A stretch of 64,000 nt of DNA. Origin: Candidatus Poribacteria bacterium (lineage in GTDB: Bacteria; Poribacteria; WGA-4E; UBA9662). Every line of letters starts with the position of its first letter. Position 1 is the first letter of the stretch. The notes beneath the pieces are model-generated. The model was not told the DNA's origin, did no database searches, and worked only from the letters and a program-made list of their open reading frames with translations. This document shows positions 10,745 through 20,488 of the stretch, piece by piece. The stretch spans positions 32,001 through 96,000 of the forward strand of contig JAYGDX010000413.1 of NCBI GenBank assembly GCA_046582655.1, in the 5' to 3' direction. The position numbers were made by a program, and so were the translations under genes.

Positions 10745-11494
10745 TCATTTTAAATTTTCAATAAACTTTAAGCTCTTTATTTGTCGCTGGGTTTGACACG
10801 CAATTAAGGAGGAAAGAACCATTTTTAATTCTTGGTGATTTTGTTGTGATGCCTGAACACGAGAGACGGATGACATATCTATCTGTTGAAGTGTTTTCAA
10901 TAACTCTATACTCTCTGATGATATTGAGACTGAATGCAAATCCTGACCTCGGCAATTCCAACAAATTAACCCACCTAACCGATCACTAAACCTAGCTGCT
11001 ACATCTACCAAAAGTTCACTACAAACTATACAGTGTGAAAAAATTGGCATATAACCAGCTTTATCAAGCAAGCAAAGTTCAAAGATTCTGGCGAGAAGTG
11101 GAATGTCCTTAGTGCATGGTAACATTTTGAAAGCACGAATTAGCAAGTTAAAAACGTCTTGGTTGGCACCACCCTCAGATTCAATTGCGTCTACAAGTTC
11201 ACTGTAATAACAAGCATAGATCGTTTGATCAAAATCCTGTTTCAATTGATCGAAACAGTCGATGAGATCAAATTCATTAACATTCTGCAAGTCACGGTTA
11301 GGCTTCTCGAAAAAAATCAGCAATCCATGATTCAGCAGTTCAACATTTCCCCTGAATTTGCTTTTCGCACGTTTGGCCCCCTTAGCGACAGCACGGACTT
11401 TCCCAAACTCTCTAGTGTAGAACGTCAAGATCTTCGACGAATCACTCAGAGGATAGGATCGAATTATAATAGCTTCCGTCTTTTGGACTGCCAT
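10745..11494 (-). CDS. recO: DNA repair protein RecO
   Basis: 'EAIIIRSYPLSDSSKILTFYTREFGKVRAVAKGA', Zn-finger 'CIVC...GGLICWNC'; directly upstream of glyQS. Confidence 0.95.
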   Translation of the reverse strand: MAVQKTEAIIIRSYPLSDSSKILTFYTREFGKVRAVAKGAKRAKSKFRGNVELLNHGLLIFFEKPNRDLQNVNEFDLIDCFDQLKQDFDQTIYACYYSELVDAIESEGGANQDVFNLLIRAFKMLPCTKDIPLLARIFELCLLDKAGYMPIFSHCIVCSELLVDVAARFSDRLGGLICWNCRGQDLHSVSISSESIELLKTLQQIDMSSVSRVQASQQNHQELKMVLSSLIACQTQRQIKSLKFIENLK

Positions 11495-11519
11495 CTTTAA
11501 GCCGCATTAAGTCTAAACA

Positions 11520-11562
11520 AATAGATAACGCAGCAATCTTCGAAATTGCTGCGTTATCTATT
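11520..11562 (-). terminator. Intrinsic terminator downstream of tRNA-Pro
   Basis: Perfect 18-bp inverted repeat AATAGATAACGCAGCAAT / ATTGCTGCGTTATCTATT, 7-nt loop, running into TTTGTTT on the minus strand. Confidence 0.75.
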
Positions 11563-11582
11563 ATCCATCCAACTTGAAACAA

Positions 11583-11657
11583 TCGGGGCGAGAAGATTTG
11601 AACTTCCGACCTCATCGTCCCGAACGATGCACGCTAACCAGACTGCGCTACGCCCCG
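11583..11657 (-). tRNA. tRNA-Pro (anticodon CGG), CCA not encoded
   Basis: Reverse complement CGGGGCGTAGCGCAGTCTGGTTAGCGTGCATCGTTCGGGACGATGAGGTCGGAAGTTCAAATCTTCTCGCCCCGA folds as a cloverleaf; anticodon arm CATCG-TT-CGG-GA-CGATG. Confidence 0.97.
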
Positions 11658-11682
11658 ACAGGTTTGCAACTACGGAAAATCA

Positions 11683-11711
11683 AGTTTATCATAGGTCAAG
11701 TTTTGTGTCAA
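11683..11711 (-). promoter_or_regulatory. Sigma-70-type promoter for tRNA-Pro
   Basis: TTGACA-17 bp-TAAACT with TGn extended -10, 25 bp upstream of the tRNA. Confidence 0.7.
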
Positions 11712-11871
11712 GATCTCCTCCGTTTTGGACACTCCTAATAAAAAACAGCATTGACATCCACACTACTTTTCAGTTGCTACGTCTAGATCAGCAGTGCTAC
11801 AATCCAGAGTGTCTCAAGACAACAATAAGAACAATTGATTTAATAGTATATTATTGGAGAGACAACATAAA

Positions 11872-13983
11872 ATGATCCATTTCATTTACCAGTATGCCAT
11901 AGGGTCGATTGTATTCGGTACCGGGTTATTCTATGCTTTTAAACAAGGGTATATCGGCATTTCCAGTGGCAAGTTGAAAAACCTCCTAGCTCTATTGGTA
12001 ACCTTCCTATTCTTCTTTATCCTTCACGGCTATCTACAATTTGCACCTATGTCTGAGTTGGATGCTGTACCTTACACTGGGGGTGAAACTAGAAAATCCA
12101 CCTTGGGAACTCCTCTGGATTATGGGATCATGGTCGTTTATTTCATCATAATTCTGGTTGTTGGCACTAGATTCAGCCGCAGACAGAAAACCTTAAAAGA
12201 TTTTTTCTTTGGAGGTCAGCGGTTCTCATGGTGGCTCATTACCTTTAGCTTGGTGGCAACAACTATCGGTTCATACAGCTTTGTCAAATATAGCCGTGTT
12301 GCCTATACCTATGGGTTAGGTAGCAGCCAAACCTATTCCAATGACTGGATGTGGCTGCCATTACTCCTATTTGGGTGGCTCCCCATTATGTATTTCTCCC
12401 GGTTGACTTCTATTCCTGAATACTTTGAGAAACGGTTTGACCGACAGGTGCGCGGTTGGGTCACTGCCTTCATTTTAATTTACCTAATCGGCTATGTCGG
12501 CGTAAACCTATTCACTATGGGAAAGGTGCTAAATATCCTGCTAGGATGGCCGATTATAGCATCAGCAAGTCTGATGGCGGCAATATCTGCGGTCTATGTC
12601 ACGGCCGGAGGACAAACCAGCGTGATTATGACCGATCTCTTCCAAGGCATGATGCTACTTGCAACTGGGATACTTATACTATTTCTGGGCATTAATTATC
12701 TTGGAGGACTGGAACAATTCTGGGGACATCTTCCTCGTGCACACCGCTTAGCTTTTCCTAACTTCAATTCAGATCCGTCCTTTCCAAGTGTCGGTATATT
12801 TTGGCAAGACGGCATGGCCAACACAGCTATGTTCTTTTTTTTAAACCAAGGATTCGCCATGAGGTTCATGTCAGCAAAGTCGCTAATGGACGGCAGGAAA
12901 GCCATATTGGTGGTGGTGCTGGTTCTGATGCCAATCGCGGCAATTGTGGTTGCCTCAGGTGGATGGGTAGCAAAAGCACTAGTTCATGCAGGAATCTTAC
13001 CACCAAATATCAGGGCAGATGAGGCTTTCTTCGTTGCCTCCGAGCTCTTAAGTAAGCCAGGCGTTTTTGGATTAATCCTAGCAACCATGACAGCAGCATT
13101 AATGTCAACGGTAGATACACTTATCACAGCCATTGCAGCCATTGTAGTTAACGATCTATACCAACCGATATTTAACCCTAATGCATCCGAAAAGAAACTT
13201 TTGAAAGTTGCCCGATGGAGCTCAGTATCAGTTACATTGCTAGGTGTACTTTTGGTTCCAGTATTTATGTCTTTCAAAACAGTCTACGAAGCTCATGGTG
13301 CCTTTACGGCTGCTGTTACCCCACCTTTAGTTGTCACTCTCTTGTTTAGTGTCTTTTGGCGTCGTTATACTCGACAAGCAGCCTTGTACACCTTAATCGG
13401 TGGAATGGGAGCAATCGTTCTTTCATTATTTTTACCGGAGATTATTAGCCCTTTTGCCCATGGCGTGCCGATAGGATCATCTGGAAGCAGTATTTTTTCT
13501 GGTATGAGCCAGTATAAATTTATGCGTGCTTTTTATGGCTTGTCTATCAGCACTGGAATTGGACTCATCACCACCTTTTTCACCTCTCCAGAACCATTTG
13601 AGAAGCAAAACGGATACGTTTGGGGAACAATTGAAAAGGCATTGGAACGATATAAAGGATCTGCCGGCCCAGAGAGAGAAAGCCAATTCGATTTTGCTTT
13701 GCCGGCAACCTTGGATGAAGAAATAACCAGAACGGGTGCACATCAACTGCCGTTTGTGTCTATATCCCAATCCTTAGCAGATGGACTCAATGCCAAAATA
13801 TCCGATCTCGTTTACATTACTGACAATCGCTGGTGGTTAGGCGGCTTAAATTCAACTCATGCAATTATTGAACGGGTTGAAACTGGCAATCAAAATTTGA
13901 TTTTTCTCGGTCAGGATATACACACCCAGATAGTTACTAAAAACAGAGAGAAAATCCCACTACGAATCGAAAAGCTGTATTGA
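11872..13983 (+). CDS. Sodium:solute symporter (SSS) family protein with N-terminal 2-TM and C-terminal soluble extensions
   Basis: 'LDYGIMVVYF...DFFFGGQRFSWW...SLVATTIGS', 'SIPEYFEKRFD', 'YVTAGGQTSVIMTDLFQG', 'AALMSTVDT'; ATG at 11872 after GGAGAG. Confidence 0.92.
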   Translation: MIHFIYQYAIGSIVFGTGLFYAFKQGYIGISSGKLKNLLALLVTFLFFFILHGYLQFAPMSELDAVPYTGGETRKSTLGTPLDYGIMVVYFIIILVVGTRFSRRQKTLKDFFFGGQRFSWWLITFSLVATTIGSYSFVKYSRVAYTYGLGSSQTYSNDWMWLPLLLFGWLPIMYFSRLTSIPEYFEKRFDRQVRGWVTAFILIYLIGYVGVNLFTMGKVLNILLGWPIIASASLMAAISAVYVTAGGQTSVIMTDLFQGMMLLATGILILFLGINYLGGLEQFWGHLPRAHRLAFPNFNSDPSFPSVGIFWQDGMANTAMFFFLNQGFAMRFMSAKSLMDGRKAILVVVLVLMPIAAIVVASGGWVAKALVHAGILPPNIRADEAFFVASELLSKPGVFGLILATMTAALMSTVDTLITAIAAIVVNDLYQPIFNPNASEKKLLKVARWSSVSVTLLGVLLVPVFMSFKTVYEAHGAFTAAVTPPLVVTLLFSVFWRRYTRQAALYTLIGGMGAIVLSLFLPEIISPFAHGVPIGSSGSSIFSGMSQYKFMRAFYGLSISTGIGLITTFFTSPEPFEKQNGYVWGTIEKALERYKGSAGPERESQFDFALPATLDEEITRTGAHQLPFVSISQSLADGLNAKISDLVYITDNRWWLGGLNSTHAIIERVETGNQNLIFLGQDIHTQIVTKNREKIPLRIEKLY

Positions 13984-14430
13984 TCTGTTTTCAATAACAA
14001 CGCCTGAGAAAAAACAATAAAATGCATAGAAACATTGTAATAATTTCACTTTTGAACATGCTGTCTCTGTTCTGTCTCCAACAGTGACTATATCTTGTAG
14101 ATGCGAAAGCTATTTTATAGCAATCCAAACTATAGCTCAACAGGATTAAAACGGAGAGGGTTATTATGACCACCAGATCGAGGTGAAGTTTAGAATATAG
14201 GAGAATCTAAATAAAACATTGATCAATCAATTGGAATTTCCTCGCTAGATGATGGCAAAAGGGACAAGGCTATATCAACATGAAGACACGCATTGTACCT
14301 GAATCCCCAAAATTGGATTATCCGTAAATAGGTCTAGGTGGTGTGAAATCCCAATAAACTTATCAAACAATCTAATTACCAATGGTAAAACGGACATTGC
14401 AATCAGGTAACTAGTACTAAGCAGAATATT

Positions 14431-15084
14431 TTAAGTAACGTATTCAGTCGGCATATGATCGATCCGATTGAGAAAAACCAGTCGAGTCATATCCGACGAA
14501 ATTCTAATTAAACTGGTACCACAATTATTCTGACCAAAGCGTGCATAATCTCGACCTGGTGGCATACCAAGAACTGTGCTAATCAGAATCGACCCTGATC
14601 TGCCATGAGTAATAACTGCGACTTTATCCTCTTGGTCATAGTGACTTTCCCGTAGAAAATTAATCACTTTCTCCATATTCCTTCGAATTAAGCGCACACC
14701 TTCTTCCTTTGTATGGGCCTGATGAAACTGCCATCCCTCTTCCGTAACAGTTTCCGGCAAAATGGCGTTGGGGCAGAATTCTAAAATTTCCGATCTTTTT
14801 AGACCATCCATTCTTTTTCCTGGAGCCAAAGTGTATATCCCACCCCCTTCGTGAAGTTCAACTATAATCTGTGGATCAAGGTTAATCTCACTACCGACCT
14901 TCTGTGCTGTCTGGACGGCACGCAGCATAGGGCTACAGTAAAGTTTAACCGGATTTACATCTTTGAGGACCTTTCCTGCTAAGTATGCTTGCTTGCAACC
15001 AAGATCCGTCAATGAGGGGAAATCAACGTGGTTATCTCCTCTATTGTTAGTTGATTGGCCATGACGAATTAAATATAGATCCAT
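14431..15084 (-). CDS. Histidine phosphatase (phosphoglycerate mutase-like) family protein
   Basis: 'LYLIRHGQS', 'SPMLRAVQTA', 'VAVITHG', 'NRIDHM'; start MDLYL at 15084. Confidence 0.9.
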   Translation of the reverse strand: MDLYLIRHGQSTNNRGDNHVDFPSLTDLGCKQAYLAGKVLKDVNPVKLYCSPMLRAVQTAQKVGSEINLDPQIIVELHEGGGIYTLAPGKRMDGLKRSEILEFCPNAILPETVTEEGWQFHQAHTKEEGVRLIRRNMEKVINFLRESHYDQEDKVAVITHGRSGSILISTVLGMPPGRDYARFGQNNCGTSLIRISSDMTRLVFLNRIDHMPTEYVT

Positions 15085-15157
15085 ATAAGTTATTCTAATC
15101 TCCAACGAACCAACTGATGCGTAATTCCATTACTAATAGTTAGCAAATTTAAACAGC

Positions 15158-15205
15158 ATGTCATTTTGACATACCATCGCATAAAGCACCACTCCCAAAA
15201 TGACA
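15158..15205. promoter_or_regulatory. Paired palindromic sites, candidate upstream activating sequences of a sigma-54 activator
   Basis: ATGTCA-TTT-TGACAT at 15158-15172 and imperfect TCCCA-AAA-TGACA at 15193-15205. Confidence 0.5.
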
Positions 15206-15258
15206 CACTTTTCTAATAACCTAACATAAAATCCTTATCATACCTGATCTTTATAGTT

Positions 15259-15274
15259 TGGCATTATAATTGCG
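15259..15274 (+). promoter_or_regulatory. Sigma-54 (-24/-12) promoter of the Hsp20 gene
   Basis: TGGCATTATAATTGCG has the exact GG-N10-GC spacing with TGGCA and TTGC, ~70 bp before the ATG. Confidence 0.7.
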
Positions 15275-15344
15275 AATCTAAATAGCTAGACAGTAAAAAA
15301 ATAAAACCTAAAATTTAACATACATCGAAGCTAGGAGATTTAAA

Positions 15345-15776
15345 ATGAGTAAACTTACACACTACAAACCCTTTTCAGCCTTTAGTCTATTTGATAATGA
15401 ATTGAATAATTTTTTCAATCAATTATCCAATCACCGTTCAGACACCAAATGGATACCCGCAGTCGATGTCATCGAGGCAGATGACCATTTTGAATTGCGC
15501 GCTGAGATTCCAGGAGTGTCGCAAGAAGACGTTAAGATTGCTATCGAGGATAATGTCTTAACTATCTCGGGAGAAAAAAACGTTGAAACGAAAGACGAAG
15601 ATTATAATTGCCACCGTATCGAGCGAAGCAGCGGCAAATTTGAAAGATCGTTTCAACTGCCCAAGACGGTAGAAACAGATAAGACACAAGCCGATTACAA
15701 GGCAGGTATATTGACGATATCCCTTCCCAAGGTTGAAGAAACTAAACCGAAAGAGATTGAGATCAAAGTCGGATAA
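15345..15776 (+). CDS. Small heat shock protein (Hsp20/alpha-crystallin)
   Basis: 'WIPAVDVIE...AEIPGV..EDVKI...NVLTISGEK...RIERSSGKFERSFQLP...ADYKAGILTISLPK'; AGGAG RBS. Confidence 0.96.
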   Translation: MSKLTHYKPFSAFSLFDNELNNFFNQLSNHRSDTKWIPAVDVIEADDHFELRAEIPGVSQEDVKIAIEDNVLTISGEKNVETKDEDYNCHRIERSSGKFERSFQLPKTVETDKTQADYKAGILTISLPKVEETKPKEIEIKVG

Positions 15777-15793
15777 TCTTAGCAAACCCAAAT

Positions 15794-15825
15794 AGTCCCT
15801 GCATCCATGGATGCAGGGCTTTTTT
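15794..15825 (+). terminator. Intrinsic terminator after Hsp20
   Basis: Palindrome CCCTGCATCCATGGATGCAGGG (15797-15818) followed by CTTTTTT. Confidence 0.85.
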
Positions 15826-15974
15826 ATGGATCCCAGCTATAATTTACCTTCTAAATTAATGTTGCGACGATGCAGAAACACTTTTAAATTCGATATTATA
15901 GAGTATATTTCTCAATCAAGAGGCTTCACTGTTTCACAATGAACCTTTACAAAAGTGATTCTTTCTCAAGTCCC

Positions 15975-17024
15975 TCAACTCTCTTCAGGTATGGAAACCT
16001 CCTCACCTACCTTTGCACTTTGAATGATAGCATCAATAATCAGCATCTCTCGGTATCCATCTTCAAGATCAGCACGACATTCGCTATCATCCAGGACAGA
16101 TCGAGCCCAAGTAGTTAACTCTTCTCGGTATCCCGGCCGGATCACACCATCCTGGTAGGAAATCCCACCGTCCCACTGAATAATTCTGCCATCAGAATAG
16201 CCACCCTGTCCAACTGGTATATCCGGTGTCGAATATGAGAGTTTAGTCCAATTCTGTGTTTCAACCCAAGCAGGACCATCACCTGCCACCAAGCAACGAT
16301 TTTCAAAAATAGGCGAACGAAAACAGATAGTCTGACTGCCAGAGACACCACTGGAAAAACGATAGTTGATAGCAGCGGCATAATGCGGATTTTCCGTGTG
16401 ACTTCGCATGGTACTAACAGCCACGATCTCTCCCATAAAAAAGCGAGCAACATCCAGATGATGAATAATATGATCAAGAAGAAAAAAACGAAACATATCA
16501 TCATCAGAATTACGGTCCAATCCCCAATCCATTCGCATACCAGGTCCCGGACAAAGATAACGAGCCTGATACATAATAGGGAATCCAAACTCAGAACGGC
16601 TCATAATTTCCTTCGCCATCCGGTTAACCGGGCAATGTCGCTGAACTGTTCCCATAAGGACTTTCAGCGATATGCCTCTGGCTGCATCTCGAAACCGTTT
16701 TGCTCCATCCGCAGTCATTGACGGTGGCTTTTCCGTAAAAACATGCAGACCGCGGTTCAGTGCTTCAATCCCGACTTCGGTATGAACAGATGGTGGCGCT
16801 GCGATGACAACTCCATCAAGTACTTCCTCATCGAACATCTTCCGATAATCTGTATAGTGCTGCTTAGCACTAAATTTTTCCGCCGCAGAAGATGCCGCTT
16901 CCTGACGAAGATCACATGTGGCAACTAACTCTATCTCATCAATCAGCATCATGGCTGGCATGAGACAACTGGTTGGGAGTCCACCACATCCAATCATTGC
17001 AACTTGCAGCCGTTCATTACGCAT
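15975..17024 (-). CDS. Gfo/Idh/MocA family oxidoreductase
   Basis: 'VAMIGCGG', 'ELVATCD', 'GLHVFTEKP', 'DHIIHHLD'. Confidence 0.92.
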   Translation of the reverse strand: MRNERLQVAMIGCGGLPTSCLMPAMMLIDEIELVATCDLRQEAASSAAEKFSAKQHYTDYRKMFDEEVLDGVVIAAPPSVHTEVGIEALNRGLHVFTEKPPSMTADGAKRFRDAARGISLKVLMGTVQRHCPVNRMAKEIMSRSEFGFPIMYQARYLCPGPGMRMDWGLDRNSDDDMFRFFLLDHIIHHLDVARFFMGEIVAVSTMRSHTENPHYAAAINYRFSSGVSGSQTICFRSPIFENRCLVAGDGPAWVETQNWTKLSYSTPDIPVGQGGYSDGRIIQWDGGISYQDGVIRPGYREELTTWARSVLDDSECRADLEDGYREMLIIDAIIQSAKVGEEVSIPEES

Positions 17025-17107
17025 AATAAATATCCTCCAATCTCAATTACTTAGGGTAATTATCAAGTGTAAATTCGTATCTGAATACCTTGAATCAAGA
17101 GGTTTCC

Positions 17108-17932
17108 CTAACTATATTCATTAACATTCCAACCAGGATACTGTTTTGCTAATGCTTTTAATGTTTGTAGAATATAATAAGGATCACCTGCTGGTGGGAA
17201 TCTGAAAATTTCGCGCTCTTTAGCAGTTAAAGTGCCGATAAACTGGCGAAATACGGGATGATTTCCTTTATCAGTATAGTGTTTGAAACCTTCCCAGTAA
17301 TAATCTGCTCTTCCTAAGCCAAACCCCCAAGTGAATCTTTGCCCCTCAGCCCTGAGATAATCGGTTGCAGAGTGAAGTGTGTAATTGGTAAAAACACACA
17401 AGGTACCACCACGACATACCAACGGTTCACATTTGGACATATCACAACCATGCTCTCTAGCCAGTAAACGTAGAGGAGCTTGATCTCCATCAACGTCTTC
17501 CAAATGAACCCAGAAGACAAGCTGGCCAAATGCACGCAGGTTGTCAGAAGGAGGTAATAGGGAATTATTACCATTATCAATATGTAATCCAGCGGCATCA
17601 CTGCCTATCCCCCCACCCTGAAATCCTGGGTAACGAACAATCATACAACCAGCTCGAAAGTGGATGTGCTCAGTTTCGAACCACCTTCTGGCAAAATTCC
17701 AGGCGTGGCGATCGACGACCCCCTGTAACAGAACCATTTCATCCGGCGGAAATTCTTCAAGAATTGCTCAGCTAGGTGGAGGATTTTCTTTTACTTCCTG
17801 CCACGTAGGTAGAACCCGCCGCTGAGCGGCTTGCATCTCCTTCAGCTTGTTGCCAGTATAATAATCAGGAACAATTACATAACCTTTATCATCCAACTCC
17901 TTTAGGTGAAATCCAGTCAATGCAACTGACAT
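17108..17932 (-). pseudogene. PhyH-family dioxygenase interrupted by an in-frame TGA at 17768-17770
   Basis: ATG 17932 after AAGGA reads MSVALTGFHLKELDDKGYVIVPDY...NPPPS*AILEEFPPDEMV in the same frame as ORF 17108-17737; HxD 'LHIDN', distal 'TLHSA'. Confidence 0.75.
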
Positions 17933-18697
17933 AGATCTATCCTTATTTTATTTCCGATTTCCGGACTGATTTTACCTAACCTTTAACTCAAATGCAACCT
18001 ACATAACCATACATGCCATTGCATTAGGAACTTCAATTCGTATCCTTTAACCGTTAACCAATCTTTACAAATAAGTTTTATCTTATTATCCCCTATTTTC
18101 CATTCTTCCTACTTTCCTTTGATAATTGTGCTCTTGATATCATCCAAAAGTAGAATTTTCAAAGCCCCCCTGATAGAGTTCCTTGCTGTATTGAATCAAA
18201 GCATTATGAGCTGTTTAGATTTACCAGGAAAATCTACATTCAGACAGACTTTAACTGTTTGATTCTATTTGTGTTCCCTTGTACATAATATGTAGCTATC
18301 ATCAACTGAAAGTTTGTAACTTCCAGTTGGAAAACCATTTGTATTGAAATAATTCCGGGCAACTTTTTTTAGGTGCCAAGATCTTTTCCAACGGCATCTT
18401 TCTGTTGATGCTTATTCGCGTTTCGACTTCCTTGATTTCCTATATGAGTTTGACATTAATTATCTGTAGTTACATGCCAATCCAAAAACAGAAACAACAA
18501 GATACAAATTATCAACTAGCTTCCAATAACAGTCACCTAACTCTACTCTTACAATTAAGAGTAATTGACTACCAAAATTAGTCTTCTGTTTTTAACAAAT
18601 AACGCGAATGAGTCAAATTTAACCGTTTGTCATCTTGATACAAAGTGAGAGATCCTTATATCAATCATGTCTTGGAAACTTCTAGATTTCCATCTGA

Positions 18698-18727
18698 TTG
18701 ACACTGCTCAATCGTCTGTGGTATATT
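18698..18727 (+). promoter_or_regulatory. Sigma-70-type promoter
   Basis: TTGACA-18 bp-TATATT with TGn extension, ~270 bp before the DUF1080 ATG. Confidence 0.5.
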
Positions 18728-18994
18728 GAGTTTGGAAAAAACGTATAATTAATAGTGTTGGTTGAGATTATGAGGCTGGAACAAAGGCCCGATGCAACCC
18801 ACCCGATTCTTTGCCCCTTGCAAAGATCTAACTTTGTGAATATGTAGGGCTTTGCCACACATTTGCTTTATCTTATCGCAGCATTGTTCCGTTGCTAATT
18901 GCTTGGTTACACATTCAAAATCACACCAGAAGCAGTTATTTTTCACTGGAATTTAAAATAAGAAATTAAGATCATTCACCAAGGAGAACAAATA

Positions 18995-19705
18995 ATGAGT
19001 GTTGGATACAATGACACACCGATGCTTCCTGATTCTGAGTGGCATGTCCATGATGGGCAGAGGCCACAGCCTACAATTGTCACACCCAGTACAACTGATA
19101 CACCTGAAGAAGCACCATCTGATGCAATAGTTCTTTTTGATGGATCAGATACATCTAAATGGGCGGGCCGAGATGGTGAAATACAGTGGAAAGTAAAAGA
19201 TGGATATATGGAAGTAACACGCACTGGCGATATAAAAACCAAAGATAGCTTTGGCAACTGCCAACTTCATGTAGAATGGGCGGCACCGAGTGAAGTTAAG
19301 GGCGAAAGTCAGGGACGTGGAAATAGCGGTGTATTTCTGATGGATAGGTACGAAATTCAGGTGCTTGATGGCTATAATAACATTACTTATGCTGATGGCA
19401 TAACTGCGGCTATTTATGGACAATATCCACCGCTGGTAAACGCGTGCCGAAAGCCTGGCGAATGGCAAGCATACGATATCATCTTTATAGGCCCCCGTTT
19501 CGATGGAGACGAATTAATCCAGCCAGCTTATGCAACCATTATGCACAACGGGGTTCTCGTCCACCATCATCAGGCTATCTTAGGACCTACCGGACATAGA
19601 AGTTTGTCATCATACAGCCAGCCACATCCGCCGGAAGCACCGCTGCGATTGCAAGATCATGGTGATCTCGTCCGATACCGCAATATCTGGATTCGACTAA
19701 TCTAA
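18995..19705 (+). CDS. DUF1080 (3-keto-disaccharide hydrolase family) protein, no signal peptide
   Basis: 'APSDAIVLFDG', 'FGNCQLHVEW', 'GRGNSGVFL..RYEIQVLD', 'PGEWQAYDIIF', 'LQDHGDLVRYRNIWIR'; AAGGAG RBS. Confidence 0.93.
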   Translation: MSVGYNDTPMLPDSEWHVHDGQRPQPTIVTPSTTDTPEEAPSDAIVLFDGSDTSKWAGRDGEIQWKVKDGYMEVTRTGDIKTKDSFGNCQLHVEWAAPSEVKGESQGRGNSGVFLMDRYEIQVLDGYNNITYADGITAAIYGQYPPLVNACRKPGEWQAYDIIFIGPRFDGDELIQPAYATIMHNGVLVHHHQAILGPTGHRSLSSYSQPHPPEAPLRLQDHGDLVRYRNIWIRLI

Positions 19706-20488
19706 GAGCCACAATCAGTCATAGCCGCGAAGAATCTTGGAAGTGTTTAGTAGATCCTGTTCTTGCGCCTATCGAAAAAACCCACTATGACCGTCAGATT
19801 TGCGGGTAATCTACAGAAAACGATCAATGGATTAAGGGCGTCACAAAACGAAAACTTGAACAGATTTTATACTTGCCCGACAGCAACACTGACAGATATC
19901 CTTCTGCCCAATTCAACTTAATATTCGCTCCTCAAATTCCCCAAAATAATGCAACGCTCCAAGGCAGGGAAAACAGGAAATGATCCTACAACGATTGCTG
20001 CATTTCGTCCGAATCTTGGGCAACGTTGAAAATCAATCCTAACAACGTTTATTTCGCTAGTGGCTAACCACCAGATGGGTCGAACCCAACCCTAATTGGA
20101 TCATCCACATGGGATTTCCTTCCTTACCTAGCATAATTTTAGGTGATGTAACATCATACGTAGCGACAACAAATTGACACTCACCTAACTTTGCTACACT
20201 AAACGCTAACTTTCCCTGTGTTAGCACCTCAAAATACGGTTTGCTGCTACCATGCCACATAGATAAATTGTTATTCTATTCGTAACTCCCCTTTTAGGAA
20301 TGAAGGTTGTACGGGAAGATTTCGAAATCCAAACACTTTTTTGACTTTCTCTTCTGCCCTAATATGCAGGGATTCAACTGGTTCCCTCAGGAGCATGTTG
20401 AGTACAACCTTGGTCGCCCTGATCTAGATGGAGTGAAATTGATCTTGAATGCCTCATAATTATCCATCGTTCTGATGTTGAAAATAAC

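Noticed and set aside
11500..11660. tRNA-Pro as an integration site
   Set aside because: Its 3' side leads to a terminator and recO; no integrase or duplicated tRNA end was noticed.
11546..11875. 109-aa plus-strand ORF
   Set aside because: Antisense shadow of tRNA-Pro and its promoter.
13984..14430. 60-aa minus-strand ORF and a faint 'IGLGG' aldo/keto-reductase-like remnant
   Set aside because: Too short and degenerate to support.
15106..15344. CIRCE (HrcA) operator before Hsp20
   Set aside because: TTAGCACTC-N9-GAGTGCTAA is absent.
17768..17770. Genome-wide TGA reassignment (code 4 or 25)
   Set aside because: TGA ends glyQS, recO, the HEAT gene and clpB at the expected positions.
18749..18946. 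Cys-rich 65-aa ORF as a RiPP precursor or metallothionein
   Set aside because: GTG start with no clear RBS, antisense to the promoter at 18698, no modifying enzymes nearby.
19706..20488. 67-aa ORF (20057-20260) or structured RNA in this gap
   Set aside because: No recognisable motif, RBS or strong stem; possibly decayed DNA.
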